Below, in pieces: positions 11,001-22,511 of a stretch of 64,000 nt of DNA (positions are counted from its first letter, which is position 1; each line of letters starts with the position of its first letter). Below the pieces are notes generated by a model. That model had not been told where the DNA came from and did no database searches. It saw only the letters and a list, made by a program, of their open reading frames with translations. The DNA comes from Pelomyxa schiedti (Eukaryota > Protista > Evosea), in assembly GCA_020536535.1 (NCBI GenBank), contig JAHLWZ010000858.1, forward strand, positions 6,582 to 70,581, written 5' to 3'. The position numbers were made by a program, and so were the translations under genes.

Positions 11001-13838
11001 CACCATTACTTCTTCACCCAAACGTATGGATTCGTTACGGTAACCTCTCATTCTGTCTCAGGCTTTTTTTTTTTTTACATTATGACAGGGGCCATTGCTG
11101 TCATTGACTCTATTTGCAAAAAGAGATCTCTTACCGATGTTCACTGCTTTATACTACCTCGGATAAGACCCTTTATTGTCCACCCTCTTCTTCACATCAC
11201 TCAAGTCAGCCTTCTTCAAAGCTTGCATCCACCAGTAACTTTTCTTAACTGTCCTGTACCGGAATTAACTTGGTAAGGTGTCCCGTACTGCGTTTCAAAA
11301 GGCAATAGACCTTAACTTGACGTCTATTTCCCCATCACCACCATGCCAATTAACTGTTACACCATTTACTCTGAAGGTGTGGTAGTTACTATTGTCTCCC
11401 GGGTGAACCTCATTTATGATTTTTTACAGAAGAGTCCTCAGCTTACCCCAGAAGAAGAAGGATGGACAATAAACCTAAAACTCAAGGCAGCATTGGAGCA
11501 AGTTCAAATCAGCCCATCCGATGTCACGAAGATACTTAAAATGGAACACTATATTATTGCACTCTCAAATAAAGGTTCCAAATAATACACTCTCATACCC
11601 ACTAAGTTCCTCACACCAAAAATAGCCAGTAGAAGAGAAGAAGAAGCCACAGGCCTGTCCACAGAAGAAACCTTCTTAAGGAGATCATTTGCCCGCCACT
11701 CTTCATCCTCACAACAACTTGCACATAAACAAGAAGCAGAATCAACACGCAATTCATCAGACCAAATCACGAATGTGGCGTCCACTAGTCCACCCACAGG
11801 ATCTCTTGGAGCCTCTGCCCCTGTAACAAATATAACAACTCCTGGAGGGCCAGCAGATGTTCTACCCACACCACCAAGTAGCATTTCCGGAATAGGAACA
11901 TCGTTAGCAGCACATATGAGTAGATCAGCCAGAAGACCCAACCTCTTGAACTTACCCTTTTTCAGACTTAGGACCACTGGTCGGCCCTATTGTTGACAAG
12001 GATATGATTCGTGACTTTAAGTGCGTTTGCATGCCACTTTTGCTGTCCATTTAATTTTGCATAGACCCACAGGTATCCCAGTCGGTCATCTATGTGAGCA
12101 CACAGCTGCAATAACACAGCTCAAAATCAGTCAAGATAATATATTTTTTGCCTCTGCTTCAAAGGACGGATCTGTCAAGGTTTTTTTTTCCCTTGCCCCG
12201 TTCAACCCTGAGGTTATATAGATCTGGGATTCCAAACGCTTGGAGAAGCATGTAACAAATAGATCCAGAAAAACTTTCACATTTGATCAGGGCAAGGTCA
12301 CATCACTCACTATTTGTGATAACAGTCACAGGTTGGCTCCCTTTTGGTTTCTAAGTTAAGTTATAACATTACCAATAGTATTGCGGCTGCCACTGATACT
12401 GGGTCCATTGCCCTCTTCAAAGTTGAAGTCTCAGACGCCACTGCAAATACGCCACACAGGTTTCTCTACGGCCAAGATGCCTGTGCTGTTCTAATGTAAA
12501 CGTTCAGGTACAATAGGGTAACTACTCTGAAAACGTGTGAGAATACAGGTGGGTCAGTTGTTCAAGTGGATAATTTCCAGGCTGGAGAACAATTTGTGGT
12601 TGTGTATGCCACCTCCCGTGGACAAATAGCTGGCTGGGATATAAGGTAACACCACTTTTTGTACCCACTGTGTTATAATAATATGACTGGAAAAAGAGCA
12701 CCAGCAGATAAACGGGGTGAAGCCTTTGTGATGCACAGTGACCCTAAATATGGTGTACTTCAAACATTTGTTCTTGGTCCTGAAAACAACTGGCTGGTCT
12801 CTGGAACTTGCAGGTATTCCCTGCCTAGTATGAATTTCCTAACTCGAGTTATCCAGAGGCTACTACACAATTTGGGATCTGCGGTTTTGCCTTCCAGTTC
12901 GTTTTTGGAGACACCATTCCAAAAGTCGCATCTACAAGTAAGAGTGATGTGAATTGAGAGGAATAACGAAATTCACACTCTTCTAAGGCTCATACACCGG
13001 CAATCAACTGAGATTATATCAGCATCAGGCTGTGATGAGGTAGTTGTCTGGGATGTGGCAAAAGATGCAGTCAAGCTCGTTTTCCAGACGAATAGTGGTT
13101 TCACAGGTGGTGGAACGAATATTCCCACTACAACTCAGCCGCCTCTCCAAAGTCCTCTTCCACCAATGGACTACGGCTCCAACGAGCTTCAAGACATCGA
13201 CTCTGTTCTAAACACCATCCCTTCAGCCTCATCCATATTGAAAACAACCCGCGCAAACTACAGTCCAACAGCATCACTAACAGCGAGTGCCACCGCAAGT
13301 CCCACGAGCTCTGGTATAGCAGATTTTGGAGCCAGCAATAGCAGTAGCAGTGGAACGCAGTACGTGCAGTCTCTAGTCCGGCCACGCACCCTTGCGTTGA
13401 TGTGTCACAAAACCAACTTTGTAATGACAGCTGGTTCAGGCAAGCATTCCCCTTTACCCACCGTCTTTCTCACGCTCTTCCCCCTTTGCACTCACAGACA
13501 GATGCATACGCTACTGGGACACCACCGGCAGGGAGAACTCGTACACCGTGTGCGGGCCAGACGACGCCTCCGAGCTGTACACCTCGCAGAAGGAAGAGAA
13601 CGTGCTGGTGTTGCGGTGCAAGCCGGTGCTGTCGCTCCCCCCTGCCACTTCCATCACCCCGACGGCCAGCAGCATTGTCACGCTGCCGCCAGAGTACTAC
13701 TCGTCAGTGCCGTACAAGAACAGCTGGCTGCGGACCGTGGTGCACCAGAGCCCAATCGTCGACCTTGGAGTTCTCCAGGTTCCTCACAACTTGCTGCTCA
13801 GTGCATCACGTGATGGTGTGATCAAAGTGTGGCGATGA
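8072..13838 (+). CDS. VPS15: PI3K regulatory subunit VPS15/PIK3R4 (pseudokinase + HEAT + WD40), multi-exon
   Basis: Myristoylation start [35 protein letters not shown] segments [23 protein letters not shown]40 [17 protein letters not shown] and [12 protein letters not shown]-stop. Confidence 0.95.
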
Positions 13839-14122
13839 ATCAAATCATTTTTGATGATTCTGTTAAAAACAACTGTTCCTTTTTGACAGGTAGACCAAAC
13901 CCGGTGCTTCTTCCCCCCCCGTTAAATTTTTTCTTTGGGTAGCAGTTTTGACTTGAACTAGGTTGACTGTGCTTAGAACTGAAAAAGTTGTAAAAAGAGA
14001 GAACACTGATATGGTTTTTGTGTGATATCTTTTGTGCCCAAACGCTGTTATCGTGGTTGTTGGGTTTTAGGACAATGGTTGTATCTGATTGCCCCGTCAG
14101 CCCGGGTCATTCTCCACGATTG

Positions 14123-14978
14123 CTATGGAACTCGCCGATATAACTTTTCTGATGATGCCACAGTGCTGACCATCACTGATGACATCTTCAATAGGACATA
14201 AGTTAGAGTGCTATGTATCTCGTGTGAGGAAATTTATTCGGCCGGGGGCGAGGAGCATTTTGCGGGGAACGTGATCGTTGTAACCCTGCCATGTTTCCTC
14301 TGTAGAAAAATGAGTTGTTTGGAGTTGCCAGGCTGGCGCACCTTTGAAGACAATCGACTGCGTTCCATCTGCTTCTCTGCCTATGGAACATGACCCAGTG
14401 CTTATATCTAATGCAACTCCTGGGTCATCCCCTATTTTTGCACACCACTGATCAGATGTCCATTTGTAGTCAAAGCCTGGAGTGATCTCCAGTTCCTGGA
14501 CATTCGTGTCTGGCGAGCTGTAGCATCCCCCCTTCAATTTCCTCTCCCCGCGCCACCTGCCAACCAGGTCCGACAGTGTCATATTAGCCAGTTCCATTTC
14601 GTTGTTTATATTCCCTCGCTCATCTCGTACCGTCGGTGCCCTAACTTCCTACGTTAAAACGGGTTCTAAAAAGTAATGGCCAAGGAAATAAATGTGCAGG
14701 AAGGCATACCATCATAGCACCACACGTCGTCCACAATGAATTTGTACTGATGCTTGCCCCGCAATGGCAGTTGCACGGTCGCTGCCCAGAAAGTAGGGCC
14801 GTACCCCTCTTGTCTTTGTGTCATTGGCAGTGGCTTCCAGTCAGAAAACGCGCCACACAAGCTCGCTCTGCTTCCCCCGTGCACCCACCTGATTTCGACA
14901 CTGACTTTTGGTGCTGTCAGTTGCGAAATTGGGACGGTTAAAGTGACACGCACCTGTGGGCTCGTCGGTTTGGCTCAT
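14123..14978 (-). CDS. CBM48 (AMPK-beta-type glycogen-binding) domain protein with unknown C-terminal beta-rich domain; 3' end uncertain
   Basis: MSQTDEPT|APKVSVEIRWVHGGSRASLCGAFSDWKPLPM...GKHQYKFIVDDVWCYD..PTVRDERGNINNEM is a classic CBM48. No AMPK-beta C-terminal domain follows. Confidence 0.75.
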
Positions 14979-15142
14979 ACGTCACTGAATGAGAAGAAGA
15001 TGTTTCGGAATCTGTTCGAAATCAAAAGGGGCAACTCACCCTTTTGATTCTTTGATTGGGGCAATAAAAGAATCAACCCTGTCATTTTCTCCTTGCAACT
15101 GTACACTTTTTCTTTTTTACAAAACCAATGGAACCTCTGCAG

Positions 15143-16501
15143 TCATAGGTAAATGTAGATCCAGGAACCTGTGAACCAGAATGCAACAATAGAGGCCACA
15201 GAAACTAGAGTTAACAGTGCTGACAACATGAGGCCAGCAATCACCATTCTCTTTGGATAGCCCTTGATCAACATTGCCATCAAAATTACTGTCGCCGGTA
15301 GTACTGAGGCACCAAGGAATCCCCCAATACAACAGATGGGAATACTATGTAGATTCTTCCAGATAACCCCCACAGTAATAAGCACAGCAATAAAGAAGGC
15401 ATCAAGGAAAAGGAGAACCCAGGTGGCAATGATGTGGGATGTGAAAATGGTGTACTGTTTTATGAGAAGTTAATTGGAGGAACAGACAAAATGGAAATCA
15501 ACCTTCGGAACACTCACAATAGAGTCATGTGAGAGACCACAAAACAACCTGCACACATTTGCAATGTAAATCGTGCTCAACATCATGTAAACTACTTGAA
15601 AAATGCACCAGCATGGCCAGAAGAGAAACCAGTATTCTGTTCCCATGAAAAAGATTCCCCAGGTAAACCCAACTGTCAAGTCCATTAATCCCCCAAAGGC
15701 GAATACAAGAATAGTCCCTGTTTGAGGTGCTTAGCACTAATGTAGATGTATGGTTGAACCTGAAAGGCAGACGTTCCTCCACATGAACAACGCAGAGCCA
15801 CCAAACCAATGCAGGTAAAGGGCAATCAGACATGTGGTTATTCCTAGAAGTCCGAGTGGCCAAAAACCTATTGACGCGACCTAATTCAGGCGTGATTATC
15901 CAAAAGCAGTTCATTTCTGCATACCGAGAGGATGAAGTTGGCGACGAGTAATACCACCCATTTCGCAGAAATTGCGTTCCTCTTATGTGGAGATTCACAC
16001 AAAATCGACAGATTCGAGGATCCCCCAAACCCTCTGGAGTTGATGAATGAGAGTGTGGCGTGTTATAATGGTTGGAAGACGTACGTGTGAATGTATTCCT
16101 TCACAGAACAATGCTTTGGCAACATTGAGCGGTTTTCGGGAAACAAGGCACAGCCCAATGCAAACCCCTTGAGGCTCATTTTCCCGTTCTTCTCGTGTTC
16201 CACCATGTTCGCGATTCTCTCAATTTCAAACTGTGAGGCTCCTTTGTGGTCCTGTCTCCATTGTTGTTTCACATCCTCGACTGACACAAGATTCTCCTCT
16301 GCTTCTCTGTGAGAACAGCAACGAAACGTAAATTGTAAAACAGAACACACCTGTTCCAGCTGTTGTGAGAGTGTTGAAGAGTGACAAACAGCTTTCCCAG
16401 TGATCAGGAGGAATCAAAGAGAATTCGGGTCGGACTTGCTGTTTCGCATCTGCCCCTTTCTTGGCATCAACAAAGACCTCCTTGAGCTCAACATGAGACA
16501 T
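15143..16501 (-). CDS. Degenerate EH/EF-hand-like N-terminal domain + multi-pass membrane protein (paralog A of inverted pair)
   Basis: MSHVELKEV...NLVSVEDVKQQW...EIERIANMVEHEKNGKMSLKGFALGCAL, followed by several hydrophobic exons. Colinear with 16740-17956. Confidence 0.75.
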
Positions 16502-16739
16502 GTCTGACTTCCTTGTTTTTTGTTTTCTTTTTTTATTCAGTGGAGCAAGCAAATTGAATGGCTGCTGTGGTTCATAATTGGTGGGCGTTCTACCCATTAT
16601 AGAAAAATGCAGATGTCGTCACCCCAAGTTCAACGCACGGTTTTCAGTTCGAGATCAAACTCTCAGCGAAAGAGCAACATGGTTCCCACCCGGTTCGATT
16701 TAAGTGGAATGAAGCAACCTGCCTCAAACTACCAAAAAA

Positions 16740-17956
16740 ATGCATTCAATCTCACCCGAACTGAAGCACGTGGAACTCCAGGAGGTGATTGTGCAGGAGA
16801 GTGTCGAACCGTTCTCTGAACAAACTCAACCGAAGTTCTCTTTGATTCCATCGGACCTTTGGGAACAGAGTCTGACACTTTTCAACACTCTGCCGAGACC
16901 GTCAAAAGGTGCCCACTTGGTTTCGTTGGCCACCTTAGTGATTGACCCTCTTTCTACTGTATGCAGACAACAACCTCGTGTCGGTCGAGGACGTGAAGAA
17001 GCAATGGACGCTGGACCACAAGGAAGCTTCGCGGTTCGAAATTGACAGCATCACAAACATGGTGGAACAAGAAAAGAAAGGAACGATGATGAGCCTCAAG
17101 GGGTTTGCGTTGGGTTGTGCCTTGTTCCCTGAAAACCGCTCAGTGTTGCCACAATATTGCTCTGTTAAAGAATACATTCACACGTATGTGAAGTGCTTTC
17201 ATAGCTATTTCTTTTCTAAAGGAAAAAAAATGCAGAGGGTTCCGGGGGTCCTCGACCTTGTCAATTTTGTGTGAATCACGGCAGATTAGATTGACAATGC
17301 TGGCGTTATGGGTTCTTATGTTTCTCGTCAACTGGATCTTCACAATTCCGTTTGCCATTTACTTGCATTGGTTTTGGCATTCAGTGTTGTTCACGTGGAA
17401 GAACGAGCACCTCACAGCAAGTGCCATTCCTTTTTCCATTGTGGCGTTTGTGACACTGGGAGTTGGCGGTGGATTGCAATTCGTGCCAATGCTGATAGTT
17501 TTCTGCATCTTTGAACTGATATACGTTGTTCTGAGCACGATTTACATTGGAAATGTGTGCAGGCTTTTCTGCGTCATGTCACATGACACTGTTGTCCCTG
17601 TTCCCCAGGTTTCTTTCTCCCTTTTTTTTTCCCCATGCATAACATAAATCAGTACACTGTGTTCACATCACATACAATTACTGCATGGGTGTTTCTTATC
17701 CTTTATTCAATCTTGCTTGTTGTGTTCATCATCTTGGGAATCGTCGAAAACGACGTGCATATTGCCCCAATCTCTGGCATTTTGGTCTTCTTTGGTGCCG
17801 GCAGTCTGTTTTCTGACCGCCATGCTGGTCAAGGGATACCCAAAGAGAATGGTTGCTGCTGGTTTCATTTTAGCAACAGTGTTGACTGTTGCTTCCGCCG
17901 CCGCGGTGGTTGGATTCTGGTTCACTGGCCGTTGGATCCCCGATTACGGCGACTGA
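16740..17956 (+). CDS. Degenerate EH/EF-hand-like domain + multi-pass membrane protein (paralog B of inverted pair)
   Basis: NLVSVEDVKKQW...MSLKGFALGCALFPENRSVLPQYCSVKEYIHTY, about 5-6 TM segments, ends KGYPKRMV...WFTGRWIPDYGD. Shares several intron positions with paralog A. Confidence 0.75.
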
Positions 17957-18039
17957 TGCGAGACTGCTTTGAGATTGTACAGTAAAAAATTTTTGTTTTT
18001 TTCTATCTGGATTTGTCTTTTCTTTTCTTTTTCATTTCG

Positions 18040-19218
18040 TCACGTAAGAGCAACACGAACGCTTTCCATTCCATGGGCTCGAAGGTGCTGCTGAGGTCGG
18101 GATGGAACAGTCCACACAGAAAGAGGAGTGGCTGCAGGGAGAGCAGCAAGGCTATCGGTGGAAACAATGAGGAGTCCGGTGGCACCATCATACAGCTTTG
18201 TGATGCCCTGTGTCCACACAGCAATGAACCCGTTGGTCGCTGTTGTGTACTTGGCTCCTTGCTCGAGTCGGAGGCGCTTGAACGGCTGGCTGAGGTTGGA
18301 TGTGGTGTGGAAGTTGAGAAGCACCCCTCTGTTTCCGGGCCAAGGCTCTGCCACAACGAAGCGGTGATCGTCAAGCTTTCGTAGGGGCCACTGTGACACA
18401 ATCGGTACTGTGGAGTTGTACTCGGTGCTCCAAAGGGAATAAGACTTCTCGCGAGTAGATTCATCAACGATTTGGACTGGAACCAAGATGTGGTTGGAGG
18501 AGGATGGCACTGACATGACACCGGCCTGAGGCTTTAGGCCGATGCACATCGGATTTGATGAAACGCAGAGCTGCTTGGTGCTGAAGGTTTTCTCCAAGTT
18601 GATTTGAACCAACATCCACTGCTCACCTTCTCTCTGACACAACGTTGCTTGGTTGGTTCCGGTGATCTCCAACCACTTGAACCTTTCTCCCTCAATCCTC
18701 ACGCTTCCATTATAATCCATCTCTGGCCAAATGAGCAACTCACCGGTTTTGGAGCAATACAGCACAGACCACTTCTGATTCACAGCCAATCCATCAAATT
18801 GAGGGCCCTGAATGAACCCGAATTTGTGGAATGCGCCAGGCTCCCTTCCAAACGGCCAGACCTTGGCCCCTCCAAAAGGCAGTCTTGTCAAAGGCGTGTT
18901 GTGGTCAAGCCATCCCAGGTGCGAAGTAATAGGCATGTACGCCGTGCCCATGTCCACACGCCCCAAAGTGGCAGTCACAGACAACTCAATAAGAGTACTC
19001 CAAGGCATGCCCTCGTGATCAAACCCAAATTGCACCCATCGCTCCACAGGAATCACCCACTTCTTGCCGATCTCGTTCGCGACGATGTTGGTAGATCTGA
19101 GATGGCGAACAGGACTCCGGGCGCCACATCTCGCATGAAGCCCAGTAGCGATCGCAACAAACTGACGGTATCCACTGAGTTCCCAGTCGTCTTGGTTTTG
19201 TGTGTTCACACCACTCAT
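18040..19218 (-). CDS. Intronless 392-aa hypothetical protein, N-terminal H-x-R-C-G-x-x-S motif plus predicted beta-rich (propeller-like) body
   Basis: Long ATG-started ORF with N-terminal RQFVAIATGLHARCGARSPVRHL. No recognisable enzyme motif. Confidence 0.75.
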   Translation of the reverse strand: MSGVNTQNQDDWELSGYRQFVAIATGLHARCGARSPVRHLRSTNIVANEIGKKWVIPVERWVQFGFDHEGMPWSTLIELSVTATLGRVDMGTAYMPITSHLGWLDHNTPLTRLPFGGAKVWPFGREPGAFHKFGFIQGPQFDGLAVNQKWSVLYCSKTGELLIWPEMDYNGSVRIEGERFKWLEITGTNQATLCQREGEQWMLVQINLEKTFSTKQLCVSSNPMCIGLKPQAGVMSVPSSSNHILVPVQIVDESTREKSYSLWSTEYNSTVPIVSQWPLRKLDDHRFVVAEPWPGNRGVLLNFHTTSNLSQPFKRLRLEQGAKYTTATNGFIAVWTQGITKLYDGATGLLIVSTDSLAALPAATPLSVWTVPSRPQQHLRAHGMESVRVALT

Positions 19219-19396
19219 CTATGACACGTGACGTCGCTCCTGTTGAATAAGATCTGAATTGTGCTAAGTAAACAACGGGCCTACGGCATGGCAGGTCTCC
19301 CGGGTAATGATGACATAAAACTTGGAGACAAAAAAAATTTTTTTTTTGATTTCTCCGAATTTTTCAAAGGATAAAGCACAGTACAGTCTTTACATA

Positions 19397-22260
19397 TTAT
19401 TGTGTGGATCCTTCTGCTGAAACTGGTTGTTCACCAGTTTCGGTTTCAGTAACAATTGGAACTATTTGGAGTTCTACACCCCTCTCATAGGTGTGAAGTG
19501 TTCTCCTGAACCAAAGTGCAGTGACCACTGTGGCAGCTCCAATCAGCAGTAGGGGTATTATAATACAAATTGGAATCACCCACTTTTTCCAGTCCTTGGG
19601 ATCAGGTGCTTTGAATGTTGTTAGACAGTGAGGAGTCGCATTCAATCATACTTTGTGTTATTGAGAGGAAGAAAACCCAATCCTGAAACGGGTCACTATC
19701 CTCTACTTCTTCCAGCTGAACGACACCAACTGTGTAGTTCTGCCCTGATACGGTTGAAAAGGTTTGAACATAGCCACACTGAGACAAGGTCTCACTTAGT
19801 AATAAGTGGGGGTAAAGGGGAACCTACAGTCCAGTATCCAATGCACGTGCAGTTAGTGGACAATTCCGTTTGACAGTCAAAGGTATCGCCGTTAACAAGG
19901 ATGTCAATATCCTTTCCATTACCAGTGAAAGAGAAGTATGTGGCTAAAGGAATGTTAAACACTCGAATAGGGACACACGAGCTGTACCGCAATGTATATC
20001 ATCTGAGCAGGTTGTGGGTGCCTGATATTTAGATGCCACAGGCAAGTAATTTGTCACTTCATATGGGACCTCAACCGGAGCTGCATTCTCACAGTAGCTA
20101 TGCATAGGCACACGAACAACTTCGGTAACCATAAGTGTGTAGGTGCCATAGAACTGCCTGTAAGCTTGAACCACGCCTATAATCCGCAGAGATTTGGGTA
20201 CAAAAGATACTAGGTACGTCTCGTTGTTATCACACTGTTCGTGTTATCCTCTTTCATGATTACAATATAACAACCTTGAAGTACTTGAGACACTCATTAG
20301 ATTCATCTAATATTTCAATGTAGCACTCAACATCAGAAATCACTCGAAATGTAAGTTCACTTGGGACCACAATCTTGTAGTAGTTTCCTGTGCTCTGTCA
20401 CAGAAAGTAATAACTCATTCCTACCTGCCACTGAAACAGATCTACAAGAAGATTCGTATCTTGTGATGTTTGGTGACAGTTCACCAGAAAGCACAATGGG
20501 AAGATCAAGCAATTTAGCTGTATCACAGTGGTCGTTGGGGTAAAAGCCTGTGTCCGAAAGTGAGCACCCACATTTTGGAGTTTTAGTTAACTGTTCTCGG
20601 ACTGCACTGTTATTCTATATGCACCAAGAATATCTCCACTTAGCTCGTATTGACCAATCCCTATCACATACTTAACGTTGTTTGTAGACACAAAACTATA
20701 ATCGTGGGCACCCTAAAATTAAGTGCTGAGATATTGATCTCATACAGGTTTTCTTACCCAAAAAGGGTCCCATACAGCCATGCAATCACACTCACCAGAA
20801 TATAACTCAACAATGCCATGAAACACTTCTCCAGTGTGAATTTCAATTGTTGTGCCATCCCCCATAAACGAGAAGTAATGGGCTTAGAACGTTTACTCAA
20901 TGAATAGGCAAGAGCTGTTAGTGCAATACCTGCAACTTGACTCCGGCGACAAGGGACAATATGTGGAGTGCAAGTGAACCCTAGAACTCCCGTTTGTGTA
21001 AAAGGGAGGGTCATACTTTTTGGGGACCAACATTCTTCATACTCTTGGGGAGCTTCCTCTGCTACAAGAGATTAACTCATCTTTTGTATTACTGGCCTGA
21101 GTATACCAATCTCAAGGGTGTATTTGCCATAATCATGTGTGTTTTTTTGAGCAACAATCACAATCGCGTCAGCCCCCGCTTGTGCATAGAAACTCCAAAA
21201 ATCGGTGCACTAACACATTCACTTAGTCTAGGCATAAGCGAGAAGAGCTACTGGCCAATGTCCCCAGCAAGTGCAATCAGTGTACGCCACCTGAACTTGA
21301 CAATTAAAATCAGCTTCCACAAAAATTGCCAGCATCAAACCAGAACCCCAAAAGTGATAATAGTTAGCTGTACGATTGTTACAGGCGAAAGTAATCAAAT
21401 TACAAGAAACCATCACGATAGCCAGAGCATGCTGTTGTTACAGACCATGGGTAGTTAGGCAGATATGTCGTTGTTACATTTGGGATATCCATATGGGTGA
21501 CAAACTGTGAAACGCAGCCAGTTTGATCTGTTACAAAGTAAACAGGTAATTAGTGTTTCATTTGGCACTTACTCAAAAAGCTTTGTGAGATATTAAGAGA
21601 AAAAGAACCCCAATCAGCATATTGGTGAACAGAAATTAGTAAAATTTTTCCAGCATCAATAGATGTAAAAGTACTGGCCGGATTGCTACACTGCACCGTA
21701 TTAGTACCAGGTGCCATGTGAATATGTGAATGGGTATCACCTCTACCCACGTGACACAGGTCTCACAGTCTGGGTCGATTATTTCTGCGAGGCAACTGAA
21801 TTCGGCACTGACACTAATTTCCAGTAATCCTCGGTACTGTCCAGTAACCTGATACCAGTACCCTAAAGAGATTGTAGGAACGCAACCAAAAAAAAAAGTT
21901 ACCTCCTGAATCAATTTCCACACACGGCAAGTACGACTCAGGGGAAGTGTAGTCGATAACTCCTTACGTAAAACATGATTCCAACCACACAACAATTCTC
22001 TGGTTGTTGTTTTTTTTTAAAAAAATACCCTGGTGGGAAGACGGTATGGCGGCGACAATGGGAGTAGCACAGTCATCTCCTATGCAACGTTAACGAAAGA
22101 AAGGAAAGAAGAAAAAAGCAAGCGTCTTACCGGGTTTTTGTGATGCAACAACGGCGACCTCCAACAGCACACAAACGACGGAATATGCACACAAACGGAT
22201 CTCGTTGTCCGATCTCCTTCCATTCGCGGCCCTTACGTTGGTAGCACGTTTATCCCGCAT
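19397..22260 (-). CDS. Type I membrane/cell-surface protein with repeated Cys-containing extracellular modules, multi-exon
   Basis: Signal-like N-terminus (LCAYSVVCVLLEVAVVA), repeated module motifs (GYWYQVTG; NDHCDTAKLLDLP; HSYCENAAPVEVPY; TYFSFTGNG), single TM WVIPICIIIPLLLIGAATVVTALWF and a short tail. Confidence 0.65.
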
Positions 22261-22511
22261 TCGCGTCGTTCGAACAAAAATGTTTGTATGGAAAAAACCC
22301 AGTAAGTCATGAGTGCCATTGAAAACTAGTACACACAATTTGACTTCGCAGAAAGTGAAGAAGTTGCAGATCCCAGTTGTTTCAGTAGGTCCTTCTTCAT
22401 CGCACTCCCGGGTGCTCCTAGCTCCCCTATATCCTTTCGGTGTTTAACTGTTCCCGTCTCAGTGCTTTTCTCAACTTCATTTCTCCTTGTCTTTCTGGGA
22501 GAGACGAAATT

